Assembly: GCA_963575745.1 (NCBI GenBank)
Contig: CAUYUJ010000001.1
Coordinates: forward strand, 558,001-622,000
DNA from: Prorocentrum cordatum
Taxonomy: Eukaryota
Length of the DNA: 64,000 bases
Direction of reading: 5' to 3'
The notes below the pieces were generated by a model. That model did no database searches and was not told the origin of the DNA. It worked only from the letters and a program-made list of their open reading frames with translations. Shown piece by piece: positions 28,571 through 40,620 of the stretch (within the stretch, counting starts at the first letter, position 1; the number at the start of each line of letters is the position of its first letter). The position numbers were made by a program, and so were the translations under genes.

Positions 28571-31500
28571 ATTCGCCGCCTCAAACCACACCACATGCAT
28601 GGCCAGCAGCTGTGGCCAGACGGCGGCCCATGGGACTACCCGCCATTGGCAGCCAGAGAGCCATTGAGCAAGTACGAGATTTGCGCCTGCCTTCCTGGGG
28701 AACTTATTGACGACCCACCTGGATTGGCACCTATCGGCCCCGACCAAGACATGGAGCCTCCAAGGATGACGCCAGCATCAGCACCCTCGGCCAGGCTGGG
28801 GGAAACCCCTGCTGGCCGTACATCCGCAGAGGACGCCTTGGACGAGCAAATAGTACGTGCTATGATCCAGGAGACCAATCACAAAGCAGATGATAAAGAA
28901 TGGTTGATTGCATTATCACATTGTCGTGAAGCTCTTCGACCAATCACAGCAAAGATCATGCAAAAAGATTGGGATCGTCGTCCTGCATTTAACGATGTTC
29001 GAATGGGCGACTTCATTGTCATTAAGAATTGGGGCTCTACCAAATGCTTCCACTACGACAACCATTGGCCCAAAGGCAATCACAATACCAAGATTGCCTT
29101 GTCCAAGGGACACATATATGGTCCAATCATCCATTTCGGCATCTTCGACAAGTTCTTTGCGGTACAAGTACCTATTCTCAACTACGGTTTACGATGGGTA
29201 AATATCTGGTATAATGACAAAAGCATGCCCCTCAAGGGCGTTGTATTTGCATTGCCGATTCGTATCGAAGAACACGCCATCGATCCAACATGGATGGAGA
29301 CTGCCCTGAAAGGCCCGACATCTTGCAGCGAGGAGATACTGCAGCACAAGGTTAGCGGCAGCTTACCATACCTTGGAATGCCTAGCATCCATAGACCACG
29401 TATTCCGCGTACACCACCAAGAAGGCCCGCTCCACGGACACCTGATCCAGACGAGCTGGTGGCCACACCTGCCGAGGACAACGCTCAGACGGGCGACATT
29501 CCTCGACAGGGTACAGCATCATCGCATGATCCACTGATCACCGTAATCGTGGACATATCAAATATCGTTCTTACTGCAGATGAGAAAGCTGCGAACGACA
29601 ACATGAGGGCAGACCTCTCGGCAGACATCCAAGCAGAAGAGCAGATCGAGGCAAGCATCCTCGATAACATCATTGATCCGCCATCGAATTTCCTTGATCA
29701 TCCAGACTACGACCCCGACGAGGATTCAAGATGTATTAGACAGTCTGATGATTGCCGCGTGTATTGTTGGACATCGGCGCTATTGGTGGATTCGCCTATG
29801 ATCTAGATGAGGCAGATCATTGAGATACACAGTGGCGCAGACAGAATCGTAATGGACAAAATTCAGTCACATTTACAATTTGAAATTCGATTTGGATCGA
29901 AAGCATGGAACGCGGAGTCATATCATTTGAACTACAATCATACCCACAAGTGGGCACATGACTTACCCAATTGTGGTGCAGATCACTTCATCAAAAAGTT
30001 GGTACACTACCTCGACCCAGAGACTATCGAGGAGTCGACCACTGGCATCTTTCAATGGATTTCCAAAGTATACCAGAACATCTTGAAAGATAGTATTGTG
30101 GAGCTACCAGATTTCGCCAAGGAAGTCATCCATGACAACCATCCTGCACTTCAGGCATTGCGTGACCTATACAAAAATTGTACTGCGACATACGGTGATC
30201 CAGAGTTTCCTGCGTGGGAAGAGCTGGTGGAAACACCTGCTGCGCCTCGAGAGGAGGGCGCTGAGCAGGATATTCCCCAGGACCCAGGCAGTGTTGCGTC
30301 TGCAGCTCCCGATCAGGAGACTATGGTACGCATCATAGCTGAACAGACGGGACTCAAGCGCGAGGAGGGCGACAACGAGGCTACCTTGCAGAAGCAGGCT
30401 CGCCGTCTTCGTGAGGAGAACGTATGCCATGGCGGTACTGAGGATACCGACAACGTCAAGATAGAGTACAAAGGACTGCCAGGGGAAAGGTTGTCTCGGA
30501 TCGAGATCGAGGGTTTAAGCAGATCGATCGCTTCCAGGCCAAACACCGAGATCAATCGTGAGGCGATCAATCAGATCGGTCAGAGCCTCGCTCGCGGTCA
30601 GGACACCCGCTGGGGATCCCGCGATCACCTGACTTCGGCAGGGCCCCCCGAGACGATCTTGCATCCCATACCGCTCTGTAACAACTGCGGTCGAGATCTG
30701 TCCCTCGGTATCGTCACAGGTGACGGCACACTATGTGATATATGTTGGCAATACACTGTGGCCGTAGGCGCCACAGGTAAGAGCACCGCCACACAGAGTG
30801 ACCTCGCGTACCTCCAGAAGTTGACGAACTGGATCAAGACGACGTTGTCCGAGGACCAGGTCGCGAGATACATGAAGGATGGCGCACATGTCATTATGAC
30901 GGGTGCGCGATCCCCCATAGGCACAGAGAAAGATCAGTTGCGGAGATTGGCCAATACGTCCAAGAAGAGGTATCAGAAGTGGGTCGAAGCCGGTAGCCCG
31001 CCTGCACACGAATGCAGATTAATGGGCGAATCCGAGGACGACCGACCTCTGTACTACCCATACGCCAATCTCATTCAACGCTTTCTCAACGACCTCAGAT
31101 TCCATCATCAGATGACAGGAGCCCGCGTGAATGTCGGCAAGAAGCCCTGGAGAGTCGAGGACATGCGCGACGCGTGGGACATCCTTGACGTCAGTATTAG
31201 GACAGGACAGGCTGGTCGGAGAAAGTGGTGGCTGAACGAGGGACGCATTGACAGGCAGACGCGGCAGGCGCGCGGACTGATTACGGTTTCTCTCCCTCGA
31301 GGGGACGGAACCCGTGAACAGTTCACCCAGCGCAAGCTTGCCGCGATTGCCAACGAGCTGATAGGCTCCCTCGATCCGTCACACACTGACCAGAGGGGGG
31401 GTAGTACAGGGATGAGAACCGATCCAGATACACACTCCCAACAGTCCGATGACGCCATGGAGCCGCGGCCGCCGCCGCGGCCGCCGCCGCGCCCTGCTCC

Positions 31501-31837
31501 TGGCGACGCCGCTGCATCCAGCGCCTCAGGCGCGGAGGACTACATGCCCGCGATGCCGCGCGCCAAGAGAGCACGTACATATGATTACGCTGCTTACTGG
31601 CGCCACAATCTCGAGGACAGCGATTGGGGTCTTCGATGCTGGAGTTATTGCATCAAATGTTGGATCTACATTGCGATCAACAACGACGAGTATGTGTACA
31701 TCCAGGATATCACGTACAACGATTGGTTCCGCAACTGGATCCCGAGGACCACTTGGGAAACGTTTACGACAAGCTATGTGACGTACAACGGCCAGAGGGC
31801 GTGGGACCGCAGGTTCTACAAGGACGGCGACGCGTAG
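28571..31837 (+). CDS. Cargo region 2: unknown protein, same frame across TAG 29804, with a CxxC..CxxC ribbon and a Trp/Tyr-rich C-terminus
   Basis: ORFs 27782-29806 and 29807-31837 are contiguous in one frame; CNNC..CDIC lies near 30677-30745. Confidence 0.65.
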
Positions 31838-32571
31838 TGAGTCGGCCGCAAGGCCCGCTGCTCAAGAGCAGAACTTCCGTTCATCAAAGTTCGCCTTGAG
31901 CGGTGGCTAATGCATTCTTTTAGGCCACTTCAACCTTTCACACAAGTGGCCATGCGCACATATAGATATCTTTTGCGATCACCGAGGCAGCCTCCTAAGG
32001 AGCAACGCCAACGGGAGTCGCCAAACAGATTTTATACATCATTTTCGTGTTCATCAACACGACATTTTCTCCTGGCCAGGTACTTGCTTTAACGCAGATT
32101 TGCATTTCTTTCAGGATCGTGTTCGTCAACACGATCTGGGCATACATTTGCTTTTAGGCAGACTTGTGTTTGATTTCAAGATTGTGTTCATCAACGCGAT
32201 CTTAGCATGCATATTTTAACAATTTAACAATATTGTGTCGAGAATAATCTGATGCTGGTGGCAACACCTGCCTCGCAAATCTTGCGAGGCGGTTCGCGTT
32301 GCCTTGGTGCTCAGATCTTCTTTCTCCGCCTACCTTTGTCTCATTCTTCTCCTCCCTCGAGCGCCGAAGCGCTTTGGGGGGGCGCGCCGAGGGGGCGGCA
32401 AAGTCCGCCTGGAGAAGAAAATGAGACCCAAGGTATCTCTTCTTACCTCAGTTTGCAGCTGTGGCTTCGCTGACTTTTAGCCCAGCTGCCTTTCTGATTT
32501 AAGGTAAAGGAGTTCTGAGGTTACGGATTCCATCTCCCTGATCCCGAGTCCTGCCTTCACGGGCGGGATTC

Positions 32572-32582
32572 GGGACGGGGGG
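32572..32582 (+). promoter_or_regulatory. Polypurine tract of giant copia
   Basis: GGGACGGGGGG abuts the 3' LTR. Confidence 0.8.
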
Positions 32583-32778
32583 TGTGTATGGAACCCGTGT
32601 AATACCCTCATATATACTCCTTATCCTTACCTCTCCCGCACCTGGCCGTTTGGGCTCAGGTACTGAGTTGGAGCGATCGTACCTTGATCGCTTGGGAGGG
32701 AAAGATATCCATCTATCCCTCCATCTCTCTACCAACGGATCAGGGGTTCTGTACTCTTGTACTTCAACCCCATGCACA
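32583..32778 (+). repeat. 3' LTR of giant copia (196 bp)
   Basis: Identical to the 5' LTR except A14993 versus G32774. Confidence 0.97.
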
Positions 32779-33574
32779 CCCTCTTCGTCTTCGATCGTAC
32801 CCCCTGTTGGGGGGGATATTCATTCCCTGCCACGTGTGGTTGGGGAAGCCCTTGACAACGAACGGTGACAAATAACGGGGGAGAATGATGGCGAAGGGAT
32901 CGGAGGAAGGGAGGGGAGGGGCAAGAAGGAGGGAGGACGGTGATTTGCGTTGTGAGTGGCGATTCAGCTTGCGCCATGGCTTGCGCCAGCCACTCCAACA
33001 CAGGTTAACGATAAGTTTCGCCATGGCTCGCGCCATAAACAGCGCCACGTACCACCCCCTTGAAATAATATATCGTGGATACCCCCACGGGGGGACGTAC
33101 AGCTGCGAACTGGTGTCAGAAACAAATTCTGTGGAACCGTGAAAAGAAGCGGGATGTTGGGGTAGTGGGGCAGAAGGATAGTGAGAACTGCAACCGTGTC
33201 GAAAGGAGCGCGGAAGCTCGAAGTGAGAGCGCGATTCTTCAATACATTGTGAAGAAGTATCAAACGGGAGCCGCGATCCGGTGGTCAATTGCAAGGAAGT
33301 CCCAAGCGAGAGCGCGATTCTTCAATAACTTGTGAGGAAGTATCAGGCGGGAGCCTTTGTTGAACCTTAATTACTAAACAATTATTATTGTTGGACCCCC
33401 TATATTCGCCCTGGCGCTCTCGCCGAGGCGCCGGCCGCATTTCCTCTGAAATTGAGGCTCGCGCTCAGGCGTTTTGGGGTTCCGCCATAACCGGCCCCCC
33501 AACAACAACAACTCTCCGGCTCGAGACTTCCTCTTTTTTTACTCGGGCTCGGTGCTCTTGCTCGCCGCCGAGAG

Positions 33575-34695
33575 CGGCTCCCGGGCCGGACACCCGGGTC
33601 GGCGCCCGAGCCGGCGCCCGGGCGCCGGAAAATCGAGTTCCGAGGCGGCGCCGAAAAAAGGCCATTCCAATACACATTTTTCTTTCGAACATGCTGAATT
33701 TCTGCTTCCGGCGCCCGGGAGGGAGGCCGTCCGGGCCGATTCCGGAGCTCGGGCCGGCACCCGGCCCGGCTCCCGGGCCGGACGCCCGGGTCGGCGCCCG
33801 AGCCGGCGCCCGGGCGCCAGAAAATCGAGTTTCGAGGCGGCGCCGAAAAAAGGCATTTCAATACACATTTTTCTTTCGAAAATGCTGAATTTCTGCTTCC
33901 GGCGCCCGGGAGGCCGTCCGGGCCGATTCCGGAGCCTGGGCCGGCACCCGGCCGGCTCCCGGGCCGGACGCCCGGGTCGGCGCCCGAGCCGGCGCCCGGG
34001 CGCCGGAAAATCGAGTTCCGAGGCGGCGCCGAAAAAAGGCCATTCCAATACACATTTTTCTTTCGAAAATGCTGAATTTCTGCTTCCGGCGCCCGGGAGG
34101 CCGTCCGGGCCGATTCCGGAGCTCGGGCCGGCACCCGGCCCGGCTCCCGGGCCGGACGCCCGGGTCGGCGCCCGAGCCGGCGCCCGGGCGCCGGAAAATC
34201 GAGTTCCGAGGCGGCGCCGAAAAAAGGCCATTCCAATACACATTTTTCTTTCGAAAATGCTGAATTTCTGCTTCCGGCGCCCGGGAGGCCGTCCGGGCCG
34301 ATTCCGGAGCTCGGGCCGGCACCCGGCCCGGCTCCCGGGCCGGACGCCCGGGTCGGCGCCCGAGCCGGCGCCCGGGCGCCGGAAAATCGAGTTCCGAGGC
34401 GGCGCCGAAAAAAGGCCATTCCAATACACATTTTTCTTTCGAAAATGCTGAATTTCTGCTTCCGGCGCCCGGGAGGCCGTCCGGGCCGATTCCGGAGCTC
34501 GGGCCGGCACCCGGCCCGGCCGGCACCCGGCCCGGCTCCCGGGCCGGACGCCCGGGCAGTTCCGATCGCGCCGAAAAGAGGCCATTCCAATACACATTTT
34601 TCTTTCGAAAATGCTGAATTTCTGCTTGCGGCGCCCGGGAAGCCGTCCTGGGCCGATTCTGGAGCGGCTTTGGGCCGGACGCCCGAGCCGGCGCC
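33575..34695. repeat. GC-rich tandem satellite, about 188-bp unit, about 6 copies
   Basis: CCATTCCAATACACATTTTTCTTTCGAAAATGCTGAATTTC recurs with period about 188 (e.g. 34069, 34257, 34445). Confidence 0.95.
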
Positions 34696-35507
34696 CGTAC
34701 GTGGTGCTTCTCTGCTTCTGGCGCCTGCGCAGCTTCCCGAGCCGCTTCTGGAACCATATCTGGGCCGGTCCAGCGATAGGTTTCCTGGATGTGCTGAACC
34801 ATCCAACTTTTTGAGACTTCTGCGTCTCAAGGATAGGGAGAGAAGACATTAAAGGAGGATCAAAAAGCAACGTCGCTATGAACGCTTGGCTGCCGCAAGC
34901 CAGTTCTACTTACTTGGACTACTACTACCGTTACCACTACTACTAGTGCTACAGCCGCAACAACAATATCATCAACTGCTGCTACTACAACTACTCATCC
35001 TTCCTCCCCCTCCTCCCCCTCCCTTCTCCTCCTCCCCCTCCCTATCTCTCTCATCTCCCCCTCCTCTTCCTCTTCCTCTCCCTCTGAGATGCGGGGCATG
35101 CGCAAGGCGATTGCGAAGGCGATGTGCCGTCCGAGCTATGGATGTTGAAGTTCCTCGGAAGAGGTGGTGGCCAAACCTTCTTGGGCGGGATATCTGGGTG
35201 AGGGAATATCGGATCCCGCATGCCAGAAAAATCCCCCATGATGGGGTGTGTTATCCAGATGGATGCATGTGTCATGTGGAAGCATGGCGCATGAGGGTAA
35301 AATGATTGTTGTTGTTGTTGTTATAAACTGGGGGCCAACAGCGCAGTTGGACCTTGAAGGTTTTCCTCTATAAAAAACAAGGTGCGAGCCCCGGGAAGGG
35401 CACTTCAATCGAAAAAGCAATGTGCACCGGACGGGGGGAATCAACAATTATTACCTATACGACCACCCTTCGGGTGATAAGGAGGTTCGGGGGGGGGGGG
35501 GAACCAA

Positions 35508-35730
35508 CGTCTCACTCGATCGGTCTCACTATCGATCTCAGTATCGATCTCACTATCGGTCTCGCTCGATCGATCTCACTCGATCGGTCTCACAATCGAT
35601 CTCACTCGATCTATCTCCTTCGATCGATCTCACAATTGATCTCACAATCGATCTCACAATCGATCACACAATCGATCTCGCATTCGGTTTCAATATCGGT
35701 CTCACTATCGATATCACAATCGCTCTCACA
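35508..35730. repeat. 12-bp minisatellite (ATCGATCTCACA-like)
   Basis: Direct inspection. Confidence 0.85.
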
Positions 35731-36480
35731 ATGAACGTCATCATCAACATCATCGTCATCAACATCATCAACATCAACATCATCACCAACATCGTCATCA
35801 TCATGGGGGCACCGTCGTCATCACCATCATCATAAACATGATCATCAACGCCAGCATCATCACCGGGACAACATCATCATCAGCATCATCATCAGCATCT
35901 CATCATCAACATCGTCACCATCATCGGGACACAGTCATCGTCATCATCATCAGCAGCATTATCAGAAACATCATCATAATCGGGACACCATCATGATCAC
36001 CATCGTTCTCATCATGAACATTATCATCAACATCCTCATCAATCTCGGGACACCATCATCATCATGATCATCGCATCATCATCATCATCATCGACATCAT
36101 CATCAACAACATCGTCATCATTGGGGCACCATCATCATGATGAGCAACATCATCATCAACATCGTCACTATCATTATTATCATCATCGGGACACCATCAG
36201 CATCACCATCATCATCACCATCATCATCAGCGTCATCATCGGGACACCATAATCATCATCATCATCAACATCATTATCGCCGGGACACCATTTCCATCAA
36301 CATCATCGGAATCACCAACATCATCGGAATCATCATCATCATCATCATCATCATCGGGACACCATCATCGTCATCATCATCAACATAATCATCATGAGCA
36401 TCATCATCCTCATCATCGGGACACTATCATCTTCATCGACACCATCATCAACATCATCATCATCATCTTCATCGGGACAC

Positions 36481-36520
<40 letters not shown>

Positions 36521-36561
36521 TCATCATCATCATCACCATCAGCATCATCATCATCATCGTC

Positions 36562-36611
<50 letters not shown>

Positions 36612-36815
36612 TCATCATCATCATCATCATCATCCTCGCGGGACACCGCGGGACACCGGCGGGACACCGCGGGACACCGCGGGACACCGCGGGACACCGC
36701 GGGACACCGGCGGGACACCGCGGGCCCCCGGCCGCCCGGAAGGACTCATTTGGTCCGGCCGCGCCTCAGCCACACGGGACACCAGCGGGACACCGGCGGG
36801 ACACCGCGGGCCCCC
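35731..36815. repeat. (CAT)n tract punctuated by CGGGACAC, grading into (GCGGGACACC)n
   Basis: Direct inspection. Confidence 0.9.
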
Positions 36816-37019
36816 GGCCACCCGGAAGGGAGACATTTGGTCCAGCCGCGCCTCAGCCACAGGAGACTTTTTCTCGCCCGCCCACGCAGCTTCGCCTCGC
36901 CCGCACAGCACGCACGAACACGAAACCGAAATCGATTTCCCGGTAGGGGGGCTCTCCGTTCCACTTCGATCTCACCCCCCAACCTCCGATTTTTCAGAAG
37001 TGAAAGTTCAACAAGGCTC

Positions 37020-38357
37020 ACCTGAGGCTTCCTCACATTTTAGCCAGGAGCCCCGTTCCCGCCTGAGACTTCCTCGCATTTTATTAAGAAATCGCGCTTT
37101 CGCTTGGGACTGCCTTGCAATATATTGGGGGATCGCTCCCTCGGCGCTCTGGAGTCGCGCTCTCCCTGGAGACTCGCCTGTCGTTTTTAAGAATCGCGCC
37201 CTTGCTTTGCACTTTCCGGCAATTTGCTCAAGCGCCGCGCTCCCGACACAGGCACCCAGGAGTCGCGCTCAAGCTCAGGACTCCCTGAAAGATTATCTAG
37301 GAATCGGGATCTCGCTGCCCTTCGTGGCCCCGTTGAAGCCGTTCGTGGCCCCCTCGCTGCCCTTCGTGGACCCGTTGCAGCCCTCGTGGCCCCCTCGCTG
37401 CCCTTCGTGGCTCCGTTGCAGCCTTTCGTGGCCCCCTCACTGACCTGGTTCCGTTGCAGCCCTTCGTGTCCCCCTCGCTGCCCTCCGTGGCCCCGTTGCA
37501 GCCCTTCGTGGTCCCATATACGTCTGCCCTTCATGGCCCCTCTCGCTGTCCTTCGTGGCTCCGTTGCAGCCCCTCGTGGCCCCCATCGCTGCCCTTCGTG
37601 GCCCCGTTGCAGCCCGTCGCGGCCCCCTCGCTGCCCTTCGTGGCCACGTTGCAGCCCTTCGTGGCCCCCTCGCTGCCCTTCGTGGCCCCGTTGCAGCCCT
37701 TTGTGGCCCCCTCGCTGCCCTCCGTGGCCCCGTTGCAGCCCTTCGTGGTCCCACATACGTCTGCCCTTCATGGCCCCTCTCGCTGTCCTCCGTGGCTCCG
37801 TTGCAGCCCCTCGTGGCCCCCATCGCTGCCCTTCCTGGCCCCGTTGCGGCCCTTCGTGGCCCCCTCGCTGCCCTTCGTGGCCCCATATATGTATGCCCTT
37901 CGTGGCTCCCGCTCGTTCGCGCCCGTCGTGGCCCCATATGCATGCCCTTCGTGGCCCCGCTGTCGCCCGTCGTGGCCCCCTCGCTGCCCTTCGTGGCTCC
38001 GTTGCTGCCCTCAGTGGCCCCGTCCTTGCCCTCCGCCGGCCCTCCGCGGCCGATTATACGTTTGCTCTTCGTGGACCCCGCTCGTTCGCGCCCGTCGTGG
38101 CCCCATGTGCATGCCTTTCGTGGCCCTGCTGTCGCCCTTTGTGGCCCCCTCGCTGTCCTACGTGGCTCAGTTTCTACCCTCAGTGGCCCCGTCGTTGCCT
38201 TCTGTGGCCCCGCATTATCTGCCCTTCGTGGCCCCCGCTCTTTCGTGCTCTTCGTAGCCCCATACGCATTCCCTTCGTGTCCCCGCTGTCGCCCTTCGTT
38301 GCCTACTTCGTGCCCTTCGCGGCCCTGCTGTCGCTCTCTCTCTCGCTCTCGTTTTCG

Positions 38358-38424
<67 letters not shown>

Positions 38425-38700
38425 ACGTCGTCGACGTCGATGTCGTCGTGGTCGGTCTCCTGTCCGTCCCTCTTGGGGCCAGGTTGCCGCCGGTCAGCGC
38501 TGCCGCTGGCCAGGCCGACGGTCCGTGGCCGCCCCGCCGCTTGCCGGGGCCCGGCCTGCAGGGAAGAAAGGTATACCCCCCAAAAGGGGTACGATCGAAA
38601 ACGAAGAGGGCGGGTCTCGAGGGTTCGGGAAATACGCCTTCACGGATGCTCGAGCAGACAAGAGCGAACAGTCTTAAAGTGATTGCTGTTGTTGCTGTTG
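37020..38700 (+). repeat. Composite repeat: lead-in, about 21/42-bp GCCCTTCGTGGCCCC minisatellite, (GTC)n, SINE-like tail; direct copy at 42560-44290
   Basis: Both copies have the same order of blocks and shared unique junctions (GGAATCGGGATCTCGCTGCCC; GGAAGAAAGGTATACCCCCC). Confidence 0.9.
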
Positions 38701-39489
38701 AACATTATTACTTCTAAAGAATAATTATTGTTGGGACCCCTGGTACACGACCCCCCTCCAAAACCTAGGCCGCAGCTACATTTTCATCATTTTTTCGCGA
38801 AAGCTTCAGAAAAGTGGATTAGTACCGGATCCGGTTGTTTTGTTCCCCCCCGTTTTCCCTTGCAAAAAACACTATAAAATGAAATTTCTTGTTCAAATGT
38901 AATCCAATTTCAAGAATCCCTTGCAAAAAATAAGCTAAAGTGGACATTCGCGCGTGCAAGACGAAATCCTTCCAAAACCTTAGGTTTCGGAGCGATTTCA
39001 ACATAAAAACATCAAAAACCCAATGGTTTTTTAAATAAAAAATTGTCAAAATCTCATCCCGCGCGCTCTTGCGGATTCGTAGGAAAACCATCACTTTTTA
39101 AACAATTTTGTCAAACGGGCTTTTGCGAGCAACTTTTTCAAACTTCTGCGACAACGGTTGCGCACCTGCCAGGGCCATCATCCCTGTCAAATAATACCAT
39201 GCGGGACACATTCGTTTTTTCTTCGCGCGCGCACGCCGAAATCTCCAAAAACCATTGGGTTCTGTGGGTGTGTACCCCACGCCAGTGTAGTAGCCACGGT
39301 CGTCCGCACGCCACGAAGTGAAGTGTCCCAACGTCATAGGGCGGGAAGCTGGGTTTGGGTGGTCGCGAAGAGTCGTTTGGATATTTGGTAGAGCTTGTAA
39401 TGCCCCCCCACGAAGTGGGGGTATTGCCTGGTGTCGTATGAAAACCCTGGCACTGGGGAGAACACCACGCGTTCGGGTAAAATGATTGC

Positions 39490-39550
<61 letters not shown>
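38700..39550 (+). repeat. AT-rich dispersed repeat; inverted partners at 41960-42555 and 41090-41320
   Basis: CCTAGGCCGCAGCTACATTTTCATCA (38764) is the reverse complement of 42439-42464; 39280-39470 is the reverse complement of 41135-41318. Confidence 0.88.
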
Positions 39551-39552
<2 letters not shown>

Positions 39553-39619
39553 AATAGAATGCTTATGAGGGGCGTTACAGGTAGTAGAATGTTTAATATT
39601 CGAGAATTATGATTTGTTG

Positions 39620-40620
39620 GGCACCTTACAGGCGCCCAGGCGCTCTCGCCGAGGCGCCGGCTACATTTTCATTGAAAATGAGGCTCAAGCTCGAGCGGTT
39701 TCGGGGACCGCCAAAACTGGTCCCCCAACAACAACAACGCTCCCGTTCGAGACTTCCCCCTTTTTTACTCAGGGCCGGTGCTCTTGCTCGCCGCCGAAAG
39801 CCACCGTCCCAAGACAACCAGCGCTCCCGCTCGAGACTTCCTCCCGCTTTATCTTGGACTGGCGCGCTCGTCTGTCTCTCATCGGCGCCGCCCCCAGCAA
39901 AAGCAACGCTCCCGCTCGAGGCTTCCCCCCTTTTTTACTCAAGGCGGTGTTCCTTCTCGCCGCCGAAAACAGCTGCCCCGACAAAACCAGCGCTCCCGCC
40001 CGAGACTTCCTTCCGTTTTACGCTGGCCTGGCGCCCTCCTTCTTTTTGAATTGGCGCCGCTCCCAGCAAGAACAACGCTCCCGCTCGATGCTTCCTCCTT
40101 TTTTCCTGGAGACGGTGCTGTTCCTCGCCGCCGACAACCCCCGTCCCGACAAAACCACGGCTCCCGCTCGATGCTTCCCCCCTTCTAACTCAAGGCGGTG
40201 TTCCTCGCCGCCGAAAACCGCCGCCCCGACAAAACCAGCGCTCCTGCTCGATACTTCCTTCCGTGTTACGCTGGGCTGGCGCCCTACTGTCTTTTGAATT
40301 GGCGCCGCTCCCAGCAAGAACTACGCTCCCGCTCAACATTTTCTATTTTTTTTTTCCTCGGGACGGTGCTGTTCCTCGCCGCCGACAGCCCCCGTCCCGA
40401 CAAAACCATGGCTCCTGGCCGATTTTCCCTCCTTTCTTACTCAAGGCGGTGTTCCTCCTCGCCGCCGAAAGCCGCCGTCCCAACAAAACCAGCGTTCCCG
40501 CTCGAGACTTCGTTTTGTTTTACGCTGGACTAGCGCCCTACTCTCTTCAGGGCCCTGCTCCCAATAACAACAGCAGCCTTGCTCGAGATTTCATCCCTTT
40601 CTATTCAGGGCCAGGTTCTT
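39620..40620. repeat. Diverged tandem array of about 60/120 bp (CGCTCCCGCTCGAGACTTCC)
   Basis: The motif recurs throughout; the start is homologous to 33400-33575. Confidence 0.8.

Larger units (their letters stand above)
14802..32778 (+). mobile_element. Giant copia-order LTR retrotransposon (17,977 bp) with a long post-RNaseH cargo region
   Basis: 196-bp LTRs differing at 1 nt; TSD CCCTC (14797-14801 and 32779-32783); PR-INT-RT-RH order. It splits a reverse copy of the SINE-like module, which reads continuously once the element is removed (TACCCGCCCTC|TTCGTCTTCGATCGTACCCC). Confidence 0.96.

Noticed and set aside
21553..29806. Genome-wide stop-codon reassignment as the cause of the in-frame stops
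   Set aside because: Copia-1 and long stretches of the other elements are stop-free and end at ordinary stops; five stops in about 5460 codons is far too few for sense usage.
33388..34870. Long ORFs of 300-476 aa on both strands
   Set aside because: Translations of the 188-bp satellite.
37187..38717. Long Pro/Arg-rich ORFs (also at 42649-44541)
   Set aside because: Minisatellite and microsatellite translations.
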